Origin: Bacillus subtilis subsp. subtilis str. 168 | Lineage (GTDB): Bacteria; Bacillota; Bacilli; Bacillales; Bacillaceae | DNA: 32,000 bases | NCBI RefSeq assembly: GCF_000009045.1 | Contig: NC_000964.3 | Location: 600,001 to 632,000 of the forward strand | Reading direction: 5' to 3' | Shown: positions 1-8,248 of the stretch, piece by piece | How positions within the stretch are numbered: position 1 is the stretch's first letter | Layout of the letters: each line of letters starts with the position of its first letter | Made by a program: the position numbers and the translations under genes | Notes under the pieces: generated by a model | Database searches by the model: none | What the model was told of the DNA's origin: nothing | Seen by the model: the letters and a program-made list of their open reading frames with translations, nothing else

Positions 1-1
1 C

Positions 2-82
2 TCTGTTGTTTTAGACACAGAGAACGGGCTGATGGAAACTGCAAATCCGTTATTAAAAACGCTGTTCCCGGATATCGAATGA
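2..82 (+). CDS. C-terminal end of a CDS truncated by the window edge (frame reads ...SVVLDTENGLMETANPLLKTLFPDIE*)
   Basis: Open frame from base 2 to a TGA at 80-82, co-terminal with the window edge; protein-like composition. Product not identifiable from 26 residues. Confidence 0.5.
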   Translation, partial: SVVLDTENGLMETANPLLKTLFPDIE

Positions 83-228
83 ATATAAACTGGGAATTTC
101 ATCATTCATCTCTCCTCTCTGTTATGACTGTTTATACAATATGGTGTGTGAGCAGCAGTTGCTTAAACAAAACGGCAAAAACTTTCAGTAAGAGACAAAA
201 ACCTGCAAAATGCCACAAGCGCCTTTTG

Positions 229-810
229 TTAATGCAGCTTTTTAGGGACGTTTTTTTTATTTTTTTTGCCAACTTCATCAAAAATATTCTGATTGCCAGA
301 CTGGGCTTGTCCGTCCTTATTTATGAAATCGGGGTGAATGAGTTTTTTCAGATCCCTGACTGTTAAAGGCTTGGCGTCATCAGTTAATTCTATTCCTAAT
401 TGCCCGTTTGCCTCTAATGTCGCAATTTTGACATCTTGTATAGCCGTAACGCCGTGAAGCCTTAGCTGCATTTCAAGCTGGTCAGCTGTAAGTCTCATCT
501 TCTTTAAGTTTTCGATATGAAGCTGTCCGTTTTCAATGACGATTTTTGCTTTTCCGGTTAACATCTTTTCAATGGTGTTCGATTTCATTTGGATCCATTC
601 CATAACGATGAGTGTGCTTGTGAAAATTGCCGCTGCAATTAATGTTTTGAAGAGGCTGTACTCGATGATTGGCTGAACGATAATAGTTCCGATCGAAATC
701 ATGACAACCGTTTGAGTCGACGTCATTTGTGCGATTGATTTCCTTCCTGAAATTCTCAGCAAAATGACCCCGGCTACAATGAGAACAAGAGATTCCCAAG
801 TGAAATTCAT
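229..810 (-). CDS. ydfR: DUF421/YetF-type membrane protein
   Basis: Long ORF; likely start is the internal Met ([15 protein letters not shown]...) preceded by AGGTGG, rather than 906. N-terminal TM segments and the 'GRKSIAQMT' / 'ETNGQLG' motifs typical of this family. Confidence 0.85.
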
Positions 811-1018
811 GCTACCACCTGACCAATGATGAATTAGATTTGTCATGGGATTGGCTTTTCTTCCGGCCAATCGCAATTTAATATATCCGAAAGGCAGTCG
901 GTTCATTCTGTCCTGAACCGAACAATATTTTTGGTATAGATGGATATATTAAGCCAAACAATGATAGCAACAGGAGTTTTTTGGCCGAAACAATCTGGGA
1001 AGCGGGGAGCGCCATAAC

Positions 1019-1726
1019 ATGATTGAACTTGAAGTTGTCATTAGAACGGTTGCCAGCTTTGGCTTGCTGTTAATCGCAGAACGAATTTTAGGCAAACAGA
1101 CAATCTCTCAAATGACGATTTTTGATTTTATTGCGGCGATCACACTAGGGGCGATTGCTGCCGGATTAGCTTACAATACTTCAATAAAACCGCACAATAT
1201 GGCCATTTCGTTTAGTATTTTTGTGCTAACCATTTTTCTAATTTCGTTTCTGTCGATAAAGAACAGGAAGCTGAGGAAATTTTTTGCCGGAGATCCAACA
1301 GTGCTGATTCAAAACGGGAAGATACTTGAATCAAATATGAGGAAAATGCGTTACACACTTGATTATTTAAATCAGCAATTACGGGAAAAAGAAATATTTA
1401 ATATCGAAGAAGTTCTTTTTGCCATTCTTGAAACGAATGGTCAGCTGACTGTGTTAAGAAAACCGCAATTCCGGCATGTGACCAAACAGGATTTAATGAT
1501 TGCGGTAAACCAAGAACAAAGGCTTCCGATAGAACTTATTATGGACGGAGAAATCATTGAGAATAATTTAAAGCAGAATCGTTTGACGGAATCCTGGCTT
1601 TTGGAAGAATTGCGAAAAAGAGACATAAAGGTGAAAGAGACCGTGTACGCAGTGCTGCTGGGTAATGGGGATATTTATGTGGATCAATATAAAGACCATA
1701 TATCAGTCCCTATGGATAAGGAATGA
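1019..1726 (+). CDS. ydfS: DUF421/YetF-type membrane protein, paralogue of the divergent ydfR product
   Basis: 235 aa ORF with 'LGKQTISQMTIFDFIAAITLG' and 'ILETNGQLTV' motifs shared with YdfR. Confidence 0.88.
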   Translation: MIELEVVIRTVASFGLLLIAERILGKQTISQMTIFDFIAAITLGAIAAGLAYNTSIKPHNMAISFSIFVLTIFLISFLSIKNRKLRKFFAGDPTVLIQNGKILESNMRKMRYTLDYLNQQLREKEIFNIEEVLFAILETNGQLTVLRKPQFRHVTKQDLMIAVNQEQRLPIELIMDGEIIENNLKQNRLTESWLLEELRKRDIKVKETVYAVLLGNGDIYVDQYKDHISVPMDKE

Positions 1727-1740
1727 AGGAACAATCAATC

Positions 1741-2172
1741 TTAAAGCCCCTTATTGAACGCAACGGTTTCAACTTGTCTTGGGTACGAAATATGCAGAAG
1801 CCCGTTTAACAGCTGAATCTGTAACAAATGAGTTTCAGCGGCTTCGGGAAGCTGAATGATTCGCTCAATTTCTCCGTAATACCGTTCACGCAGCACTTCC
1901 ATTTCGGCTGGAAAAACAGGCGTGATCGTTCCTTTGATCAGCAGCTGGGTTTTAGACAGTAAACGGATCGTTAATTCTTCCTCATACACACCGGGCATTT
2001 CCACAATGATAAAATTATATTCCTCATCTTGATAAAAGTCGTAAACAAACGTAGAAGCTTCGGAATCAAAAAAATGTTCCGGGGCTTTATATTTGAGCAC
2101 ATTTGTCCAAAAGTCACTTTGTTTATATTCATTCGTAATCTCAAGCCACTTTCGAATTTTTTCGAAATCCAT
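1741..2172 (-). CDS. cotP: Small heat-shock (HSP20/alpha-crystallin)-like spore coat protein
   Basis: 143 aa ORF ending in a crystallin-type core (LLHISYPR); located directly downstream of two GerPF-like genes. Confidence 0.85.
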   Translation of the reverse strand: MDFEKIRKWLEITNEYKQSDFWTNVLKYKAPEHFFDSEASTFVYDFYQDEEYNFIIVEMPGVYEEELTIRLLSKTQLLIKGTITPVFPAEMEVLRERYYGEIERIIQLPEAAETHLLQIQLLNGLLHISYPRQVETVAFNKGL

Positions 2173-2184
2173 ATGAGATTCTCC

Positions 2185-2427
2185 TTAAATTTGATTTGAA
2201 ATCGGCGCAGAAGGGTTTCCGATTTGGTCTTGGTCACTAACGTCTGAATCAATATTTCCAGTGTTTAAAAGTGAAGACGTAGGCGAAAGATCCCCTAAGG
2301 AAAAGTTTGCTCCAAAATATTTGCTGTTCGCAGTATGGCTGTTGTGCACAGTCGGACCGACATCTATATTTCCGTTTTGCGTGACGCCGTTGATCTTAAT
2401 ATTTGCGATATTAATTTGATATGGCAT
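2185..2427 (-). CDS. ydgA: GerPF-like spore germination/coat-permeability small protein
   Basis: 80 aa ORF MPYQINIANIKINGVTQNGNIDVGPTVHNSH...GDLSPTSS, GerPA/GerPF-like pattern. Confidence 0.8.
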   Translation of the reverse strand: MPYQINIANIKINGVTQNGNIDVGPTVHNSHTANSKYFGANFSLGDLSPTSSLLNTGNIDSDVSDQDQIGNPSAPISNQI

Positions 2428-2440
2428 AGACGAAACCCCT

Positions 2441-2713
2441 TTAATCTAAAATTGGCGGTGGTGCAATCGGAGGAGCATTAACGTTGGATGTATCAGAGTT
2501 GCCGATAGATGTCTGGTCATTTACATCAGGATCGTTTAAGAAGTTTTCCATTACGGATTCTGTAGGTGATGTATCACCGAAAGAAGAGTTGGTCCCTTGA
2601 GATTTTTGATTGTTGGTAGGGCTGTTATAAGCAGCTTCGCCTATTGTAATTGAACCATTGCCCGAAATACTGTTGATCTTCAAATAATATAGGTTGATTA
2701 CTGTAGACGGCAT
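2441..2713 (-). CDS. ydgB: GerPF-like small spore protein with Pro-rich C terminus
   Basis: Start placed at MPSTVINLYYLKI (GGAAGGG RBS upstream); shares the 'SxGDxSPTxS...DVxDQxxIGN' motif with YdgA. Confidence 0.8.
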   Translation of the reverse strand: MPSTVINLYYLKINSISGNGSITIGEAAYNSPTNNQKSQGTNSSFGDTSPTESVMENFLNDPDVNDQTSIGNSDTSNVNAPPIAPPPILD

Positions 2714-2743
2714 CCCATCACACCCTTCCATCTTTCTGTACAG

Positions 2744-2773
2744 TACATTATGCGCCGCTGCACCCAATTGTTC
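2744..2773 (-). promoter_or_regulatory. Candidate sigma-K promoter for the ydgB-ydgA-cotP cluster
   Basis: Reverse strand reads GAACAAttgggtgcagcggcgCATAATGTA, compatible with the sigma-K AC...(16-17)...CATANNNTA pattern. Confidence 0.4.
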
Positions 2774-2933
2774 CTTGCATTTACGGGCAAAACTCTATCT
2801 GGCCCCGGAGTGATGCTCAATTATCAGTGAATGAAAAGCCATTGATATAGGAATCAATGAATTGATTCAGTTATTCGAAATGCATGAGACCTTTTAATAA
2901 AGGAAGCTGGCAAACAGGATCAGTTTGAAATAA

Positions 2934-2963
2934 TTGACAATGAAGCTAATGCCATGAAATAAT
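2934..2963 (+). promoter_or_regulatory. Candidate sigma-A promoter of ydgC-ydgD
   Basis: TTGACA (2934-2939) with an 18-nt spacer to AATAAT (2958-2963), immediately before an operator-like repeat. Confidence 0.4.
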
Positions 2964-2992
2964 ACTCGTGAGTAACATTACTCGTGGGTATT
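2961..2992 (+). promoter_or_regulatory. Operator-like tandem/inverted repeat, likely TetR-family (YdgC) site
   Basis: AATACTCGTGAGTAACATTACTCGTGGGTATT: TACTCGTGAGTA and TACTCGTGGGTA, 16 bp apart, within an imperfect overall palindrome. Confidence 0.55.
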
Positions 2993-3011
2993 ATTTTTGG
3001 GGTGGTCCTAG

Positions 3012-3599
3012 TTGAAAAGTAAAGGAGTAGAAAGCCGAAAACGATTACTTAAAGCTGCCGCTAATGAATTTTCGGTTCGGGGATTCCATGACGCGAAGGT
3101 AAGTGAAATTGTGAAAAAAGCTGGGTTCACGCAGCCTTCATTTTACCTGTACTTTCAAAGCAAAGAAGCCATCTTTGCCGAGTTAATAACCGATTTTCAC
3201 TCTCGAGTCAGAAAGCTGACAGAGTCACTTCTTCTGGAAAACGGATTAAACACGGAGGATGTGTCAAAACGGGTACTGCTAGCTGTAGAGACTGTTTTTC
3301 AATTTTTGGATGAGGACAAGGATTTAACCAAGATCGGCTTTTTTCTCAACCCGGAAGCAAAACAAATGAAAAAAGACTTGGCGATGGTTTTGAAAGAGAA
3401 CTTAGAAGCAGAACAGCGGCTTGGCTATTTTCACTCTGAACTGGATATGGAAACTGTCGCTGAGTGTTTGGTCGGCATGATTGAACATTTAACCGAATCA
3501 TTTTTGTTAACCGGAATCAAAGATCCGGCAAGCCTCGCAGCAGAGGTTGTGAATCTTTTAATTTACGGGATGCTTCCGAAAGGGAATGATGTAAGATGA
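3012..3599 (+). CDS. ydgC: TetR/AcrR-family transcriptional regulator
   Basis: 195 aa ORF with N-terminal HTH 'RLLKAAANEFSVRGFHDAKVSEIVKKAGFTQPSFYLYFQSKEAIF'. Confidence 0.9.
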   Translation: MKSKGVESRKRLLKAAANEFSVRGFHDAKVSEIVKKAGFTQPSFYLYFQSKEAIFAELITDFHSRVRKLTESLLLENGLNTEDVSKRVLLAVETVFQFLDEDKDLTKIGFFLNPEAKQMKKDLAMVLKENLEAEQRLGYFHSELDMETVAECLVGMIEHLTESFLLTGIKDPASLAAEVVNLLIYGMLPKGNDVR

Positions 3600-3940
3600 T
3601 ATCTATTATGATGAAAGTCAGTTTGGCAGTTTTTATGCTTGCGGGAGGCATCATAAAGGTAAGCCGCGTTCCCTTTCAAGTTGAGCATTGGCGGCATTAT
3701 CAATATCCATTATGGTTTCTGACTGTTACTGGCATTCTTGAAATAGCCGGGGCACTTGCTATGACAGCGGGAATTTGGAATCGGTATGCAGCAATTGGAG
3801 CAGGTGTTCTGTTTGTCGTTCTCATGGCGGGAGCAATTCATGCGCATATGTTTCGAGCAAGACAATCTGTCATCATGGCGATACAAGCGATGATTTGTTT
3901 GATTGTTTCAATCATGATCATCATGGGGAGTTACACGTAA
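3596..3940 (+). CDS. ydgD: DoxX-family membrane protein
   Basis: 114 aa, four predicted TM segments, ATGA overlap with ydgC. Confidence 0.82.
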   Translation: MISIMMKVSLAVFMLAGGIIKVSRVPFQVEHWRHYQYPLWFLTVTGILEIAGALAMTAGIWNRYAAIGAGVLFVVLMAGAIHAHMFRARQSVIMAIQAMICLIVSIMIIMGSYT

Positions 3941-3963
3941 GCTTTTCACTAATGTTTAAGAAC

Positions 3964-4084
3964 AAGCCCATTTGCAGGAAATCTCCTTTTCTTATCGAAT
4001 AATAGAAAGTCCAGGAATTAACTGAATCAGTAAAATAGAGCTCCATTTCTGTGTTATTCGTCCGGCATCAGCTGGGCTTTTTTT
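3964..4084 (+). promoter_or_regulatory. Candidate transcription-attenuation leader of ydgE
   Basis: Hairpin GTCCGGC-ATCA-GCTGGGC (4060-4077, two G-U pairs) followed by TTTTTTT and then the ydgE RBS. An upstream AAGCCCA (3964-3970) can pair with TGGGCTT (4073-4079) as a possible antiterminator. Confidence 0.4.
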
Positions 4085-4102
4085 ATAAAGGAGGAATACA
4101 GG

Positions 4103-4576
4103 ATGGCATTCACTTTGGAAGACATGACTGAGGAAGAGTTCGAAGCCTTTCGCGGGATGTCCGTGCAAAATTTTGCGAAACAAAACATAACGTCAGGAAC
4201 TTGGACGGAAAAAGAGGCATTTGAGAAATCGGAGCAGGCATATGAGAACATGATTCCGAATGGGCGAGACAGCAGCAATCATTATTTTTGGAACATCACA
4301 AATGACCAAGGAGAAAGAATGGGCTGGCTCTGGCTGTATGCTGATCCATTACATCCGCAAAAGGAAGCGTTTATCTATTCCTTTGGATTGTATGAAGCCT
4401 TTCGCGGAAAAGGACTTGCTCAATTGGCGCTTCAAACGCTTGATGAAAGAGCAAGAGAGCTTGGTGCGGAAAGGCTGGCTCTACATGTATTTGCACACAA
4501 CGAGACAGCCGTCTATCTTTATCAGAAGATGGGCTATGCCATGACCAATATACGTATGCGGAAACAGCTATGCTGA
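4103..4576 (+). CDS. ydgE: GNAT-family N-acetyltransferase
   Basis: 157 aa, 'YEAFRGKGLAQLALQTL...LHVFAHNETAVYLYQKMGYAMTNIRMRK'; AAAGGAGG RBS. Confidence 0.88.
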   Translation: MAFTLEDMTEEEFEAFRGMSVQNFAKQNITSGTWTEKEAFEKSEQAYENMIPNGRDSSNHYFWNITNDQGERMGWLWLYADPLHPQKEAFIYSFGLYEAFRGKGLAQLALQTLDERARELGAERLALHVFAHNETAVYLYQKMGYAMTNIRMRKQLC

Positions 4577-4685
4577 AAAGCCGCTTACGTTACCCAAATA
4601 CAACATGCCTATCTGGAAGCGGTGGCAGGGTACTATAAGTCATCATTAGAAAGATTAAGGTCATGGGAGGCTTGAACATATAAAG

Positions 4686-4713
4686 AAAAAGGACAACAGC
4701 TGTTGTCCTTTTC
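4686..4713. terminator. Bidirectional intrinsic terminator between convergent ydgE and vmlR
   Basis: 28-bp perfect palindrome AAAAAGGACAACAGCTGTTGTCCTTTTT with A/T tracts on both sides. Confidence 0.85.
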
Positions 4714-4735
4714 AATGCCGCTTGAACTTTCTCCC

Positions 4736-6379
4736 TCAGTCTTTTTTGTCTTGATGATCCAGCTCTTTTATTCGTTTCGTAAGCTCATTGAAAGCCTGAT
4801 CAAGCTCCTTATACCCTTTATCATTTGGCGTCATAAAACTGAGCTTTCCCAGCACTTCTTGTCTTTCTGTCTCAAGCTTTAACCGAAGCTCCTCCCGCTC
4901 ATTTCTTTCTGAAGGAACGTCGTTTAACTGCTTTTCGATGCCGTTGTTTGAGATGACGAGTTTACTGTTTGTTGTTTTTTCGAGAAAGTATCGGTCATGT
5001 GAAACCGCCAGCAATGTGCCGCTGTATTGTGACAGTGTTTCTTCCAGCTGTTCGCGTGACGGCAGGTCGAGATGGTTTGTCGGCTCATCTAAAATCAGCA
5101 CGTCTTTTTCCTCCAGAATATATGCCATCAGCTTGATCTTTACACGCTCACCCATACTCATATGCTTGATCGGTTCAGTCCATTGGGCGGCTGTAAAACC
5201 TAAGTGCCTCATCAGATTTTGAACGTGCCCCCTTGCTTTGAATGTTTCATTCTCAAATAACTCTTCCGGTGTTTGTTCTAAAGGCAAATCAAACACCTCC
5301 TGCGTTAAATAGCCGATGTTTGCGGACGGCGACACCCATACACTTCCTTCTGCTGTTTCCTGTCCCAGAATGATGTTCAGTAATGTCGTTTTTCCGCTGC
5401 CATTGGGGCCTATGATCGCAACCTTTTCGCCGTGCTGAATTGTAAAGTTTGCGTTTTTAAAGAGAGTCCTTTCTCCAAACGCTTTTGTTACATTCTGAAC
5501 TTCTAAAAAACGTTTTCCTGTTTTGTGGGTTGTATCGATTGAAAAGCGGACTGTATATTCTGGGGTAACGGGTTCCGCCTTTGCTTTTTCAAGCTCTTTT
5601 TCAAGCCGCTTCTGCTTGGATTTTATCTGGGCATCCGTACGCTTCGCTTTTACCCGGTGATATTCTTTAAACCCTTCCTTTTTCGTCGATTGAGCATGGG
5701 CTTTTTCCGACCAAGAAGCGAGCCCATTCATTTGTGCTTCAATCCGTTCAACCATTTTTTGCTGCTTTTCATATTCACGCTGCTGGGTGAGTCTTTTCTT
5801 CTCCCGGAACTTCATATACCCGGAGTAATTCCCTTTGAATTCAATCAGCGTCTGATCCTCAAGCGACCATATTTTTGTTGCGGCTTCGTCTAAAAAATAT
5901 CGATCGTGAGAAACGAGAATCACAGTGCCGTTATAATGTTTCAGCTGTTGGATGAGAAATTGCAAGCTTTTTTCATCAAGGTGGTTTGTCGGTTCATCTA
6001 ACAGCAGCAGATCTGCATCCTCTGATAGTCCTTTCGCCAGCCGCGCTTTCAGTTTTTCACCGCCGCTTAACTGATGAAAATCACGAAGAGGCACATGCCA
6101 TTTCTCCAGTAACTTCTTTTCGGCAGGTGTCTGATCCGCAAAGGAATACGCCGCGGTTTCCTGTTCAACCAAAGCCAGTTTTATATCCTTCCGAAGGATT
6201 TGACCCTGTGCAGGGGCTAAGTCATTGTGAATGAGGTGCAGCAACGTAGATTTCCCAGCGCCGTTTTTGCCGATAATCCCAATGATATCTCCTTGCTGAA
6301 CACTGGCGTTTACATGTTTAAAAACAGTTTGATCCTTTACTTCATAGCTAACGTTTGTTAATGTTACGATCTCTTTCAT
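4736..6379 (-). CDS. vmlR: ABC-F ribosome-protection ATPase (virginiamycin M/lincomycin resistance)
   Basis: 547 aa with two ABC cassettes (GKNGAGKSTLLHLI; GPNGSGKTTLLNII) and 'LLLDEPTNHLD' / 'LILDEPTNHLD' Walker B motifs; inter-domain linker and C-terminal extension. Confidence 0.93.
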   Translation of the reverse strand: MKEIVTLTNVSYEVKDQTVFKHVNASVQQGDIIGIIGKNGAGKSTLLHLIHNDLAPAQGQILRKDIKLALVEQETAAYSFADQTPAEKKLLEKWHVPLRDFHQLSGGEKLKARLAKGLSEDADLLLLDEPTNHLDEKSLQFLIQQLKHYNGTVILVSHDRYFLDEAATKIWSLEDQTLIEFKGNYSGYMKFREKKRLTQQREYEKQQKMVERIEAQMNGLASWSEKAHAQSTKKEGFKEYHRVKAKRTDAQIKSKQKRLEKELEKAKAEPVTPEYTVRFSIDTTHKTGKRFLEVQNVTKAFGERTLFKNANFTIQHGEKVAIIGPNGSGKTTLLNIILGQETAEGSVWVSPSANIGYLTQEVFDLPLEQTPEELFENETFKARGHVQNLMRHLGFTAAQWTEPIKHMSMGERVKIKLMAYILEEKDVLILDEPTNHLDLPSREQLEETLSQYSGTLLAVSHDRYFLEKTTNSKLVISNNGIEKQLNDVPSERNEREELRLKLETERQEVLGKLSFMTPNDKGYKELDQAFNELTKRIKELDHQDKKD

Positions 6380-6384
6380 CCATA

Positions 6385-6402
6385 TCCCTCGCTTTAAAGG
6401 GA
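6385..6402 (-). promoter_or_regulatory. Shine-Dalgarno-sequestering hairpin of vmlR
   Basis: Reverse strand TCCCTttaaagcgAGGGA; the right arm is the RBS of the ATG at 6379. Confidence 0.5.
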
Positions 6403-6405
6403 GAA

Positions 6406-6436
6406 TAAAAAAATCCTCCCAAATGTGTTGGAAGGA
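6406..6436 (-). terminator. vmlR leader intrinsic terminator (attenuator)
   Basis: Reverse strand ATCCTTCC-aacacattt-GGGAGGAT-TTTTTT, upstream of the coding region. Confidence 0.85.
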
Positions 6437-6600
6437 TTAGCCGTGCCTGTGCATGATCAAATAAGCTATTTTTTATAAATAGCAGTGTCGTATATATAGA
6501 AAATGGGCAGACTAATCCTATTTTTTGATTTGAAATATTGATTTCAAACGGTAAAAATAAGATTAGTTAATCATTGTCCACCCATCATCCCTTCTTGTTT
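6406..6600 (-). promoter_or_regulatory. vmlR 5' leader with mutually exclusive antiterminator/terminator
   Basis: Reverse strand GGATTAG (~6519-6513) is complementary to CTAATCC (~6441-6435), whose pairing overlaps the terminator 5' arm. Very short uORFs (ATG ATT AAC TAA; ATG GGT GGA CAA TGA) follow an AGAAGGG/GGGTGG-like SD. Confidence 0.8.
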
Positions 6601-6611
6601 TGATTACAAAC

Positions 6612-6645
6612 ACTATAGCATACCTTTAAATTCAAAAGCAAAGGT
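6612..6645 (-). promoter_or_regulatory. Candidate sigma-A promoter of vmlR
   Basis: Reverse strand TTGCTTttgaatttaaaggtatgcTATAGT, extended -10 TGcTATAGT. Confidence 0.6.
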
Positions 6646-6655
6646 CATTTTCATC

Positions 6656-6693
6656 AAAAAAACTCCTGCTCTCATTTTTGAGGCAGGAGTTTT
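6656..6693 (-). terminator. Intrinsic terminator downstream of ydgF
   Basis: Reverse strand AAACTCCTGCCTCAAAAATGAGAGCAGGAGTTTTT, stem followed by a T tract. Confidence 0.8.
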
Positions 6694-6698
6694 GAGTC

Positions 6699-8075
6699 TT
6701 ATTGATGCTTCGCTTTTCTCACTTTATAAATCACAATCAGCAAAATAAACCAAACCGGTGTGACAAATAAGGAAACACGAGTATCCTGTGCCAGTGCCAG
6801 CACAACCAGAACAAACGCCAGGAACGCAAGAATCAGGTAATTTGTAAACGGATAAAGCGGAAGCTTAAACTTGTTTGTTTTCGCTAATTCAGGTCTTGTT
6901 TTGCGGTATTTCATATGGCAGATGACCGTAATCCCCCAAATGTAGATAAAGCATACGGTTGAAATACTTGTGATCAGGGTGAATACGCCTTCTGGCATGA
7001 TGTAGTTTAACGTAACACCGATTAAAATCACGATAGCTGAAAAGAATAAAGCATTTCTAGGCACTTTACGCTGAGTCAGTTTCGCCATTGACTCAGGCGC
7101 ATTGTGATCTTTCGCCAGGGAATAGACCATACGGCTTGTACTGAATACAGCGCTGTTGCATGCTGAAGCAGCGGATGTCAACACAACAAAGTTGATAATA
7201 CTTGCAGCCCCGACGATGCCAACAGCGACAAATACTTGTACGAATGGGCTTTCGCTGGGATTGATGATATCCCAAGGATAGATGCTCATAATCACGAGAA
7301 GAGCCCCGATATAAAAAAGCAGCACACGGACAGGAATATTGTTGATCGCCTTAGGGATTACTTTTTCAGGGTTTTCTGTTTCACCGGCCGTAAGCCCGAC
7401 AAGCTCAATGCCGACAAAAGCAAACACAACCATCTGGAACGAGAGGATAAACCCGTGCATGCCATTCGGGAACAGGCCTCCGTGGCTCCAGAGGTTTGTG
7501 AAGCTGGACACTCCTGAGCTTGTGGAAAAGCCTTTGAAAATCATCACAAGGCCAATGACGATTAACGCCAAAATGGCAATGACTTTAATCAAAGCGAACC
7601 AAAATTCTAATTCTCCAAAAAGCTTGACTGTCGCCAGATTCATAATCAGTAAAATAATAAGAGCGATTAAGCCAGGCACCCATTGCGGCACACCCGGGAG
7701 CCAATATTGAGTGTAGAGCCCGACTGCTGTCAGATCAGCCATCGCAATGGAAATCCAGCAGAACCAATATGTCCAGCCGGTGATAAAAGCTGCCATATCG
7801 CCTAGGTAGTCTTGTACAAAATCCACAAAAGAGTGATAGTTCAAGTTTGATAACAGCAGTTCACCCAGCGATCTCATAATTAAAAAGCAAATGATCCCTG
7901 TGATCATATAAGCAAATAAAATCGAAGGTCCGGCAAAATGAATCGATTTGCCCGAGCCGAGAAATAAGCCTGTCCCAATGGCTCCGCCGATGGCGATGAG
8001 CTGGATATGCCTGTTTTTCAAGCCTCTCTGCAACGTTTGCTGATTTATATTGTCTTTCGTCATGTCGTCTGTCAC
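6699..8075 (-). CDS. ydgF: Amino acid permease (APC superfamily)
   Basis: 458 aa, 'RGLKNRHIQLIAIGGAIGTGLFLGSGKSIHFAGPSI' signature and ~12 TM segments. Confidence 0.88.
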   Translation of the reverse strand: MTDDMTKDNINQQTLQRGLKNRHIQLIAIGGAIGTGLFLGSGKSIHFAGPSILFAYMITGIICFLIMRSLGELLLSNLNYHSFVDFVQDYLGDMAAFITGWTYWFCWISIAMADLTAVGLYTQYWLPGVPQWVPGLIALIILLIMNLATVKLFGELEFWFALIKVIAILALIVIGLVMIFKGFSTSSGVSSFTNLWSHGGLFPNGMHGFILSFQMVVFAFVGIELVGLTAGETENPEKVIPKAINNIPVRVLLFYIGALLVIMSIYPWDIINPSESPFVQVFVAVGIVGAASIINFVVLTSAASACNSAVFSTSRMVYSLAKDHNAPESMAKLTQRKVPRNALFFSAIVILIGVTLNYIMPEGVFTLITSISTVCFIYIWGITVICHMKYRKTRPELAKTNKFKLPLYPFTNYLILAFLAFVLVVLALAQDTRVSLFVTPVWFILLIVIYKVRKAKHQ

Positions 8076-8214
8076 TTTATGTGTTCCTCCATTGAAAATT
8101 GTTTATTGAGTCAGCAATCTATTTTTAATGATTATTATAACACTAAAATTTCTATCTTTTTTACTAAAAAAGGATTGATGAAAAGAATTTTAATGTGATT
8201 TGGACTATTTCCCG

Positions 8215-8248
8215 AAAAAGCGGCTCCATTTAGGGAGCCGCTTTTTTA
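8215..8248. terminator. Intrinsic terminator at the dinB 3' end
   Basis: AAAAAGCGGCTCCatttaGGGAGCCGCTTTTTT; includes the dinB stop codon. Confidence 0.8.

Noticed and set aside
79-366. 95-aa + strand ORF opposite the 3' end of ydfR
   Set aside because: Overlaps the antisense of ydfR and the intergenic region, has a low-complexity hydrophobic composition and no good RBS; treated as spurious.
1441-2252. Antisense ORFs 1441..1626 (-) and 1971..2252 (-) over ydfS and cotP
   Set aside because: Out of frame with well-supported genes; composition looks like frame shadow.
3775-4544. ORFs 3775..4002 (+), 3992..4183 (-), 4054..4278 (-) and 4260..4544 (+) around ydgD/ydgE
   Set aside because: Shadow frames of ydgD and ydgE; no homologous-looking motifs.
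4938-6234. Antisense ORFs within vmlR (4938..5222, 5657..5893, 5986..6234)
   Set aside because: Reverse frames of a strongly supported ABC-F gene.
7093-7710. Small ORFs inside ydgF (7093..7275, 7236..7517, 7339..7710)
   Set aside because: Overlap a clear APC permease; shadow frames.
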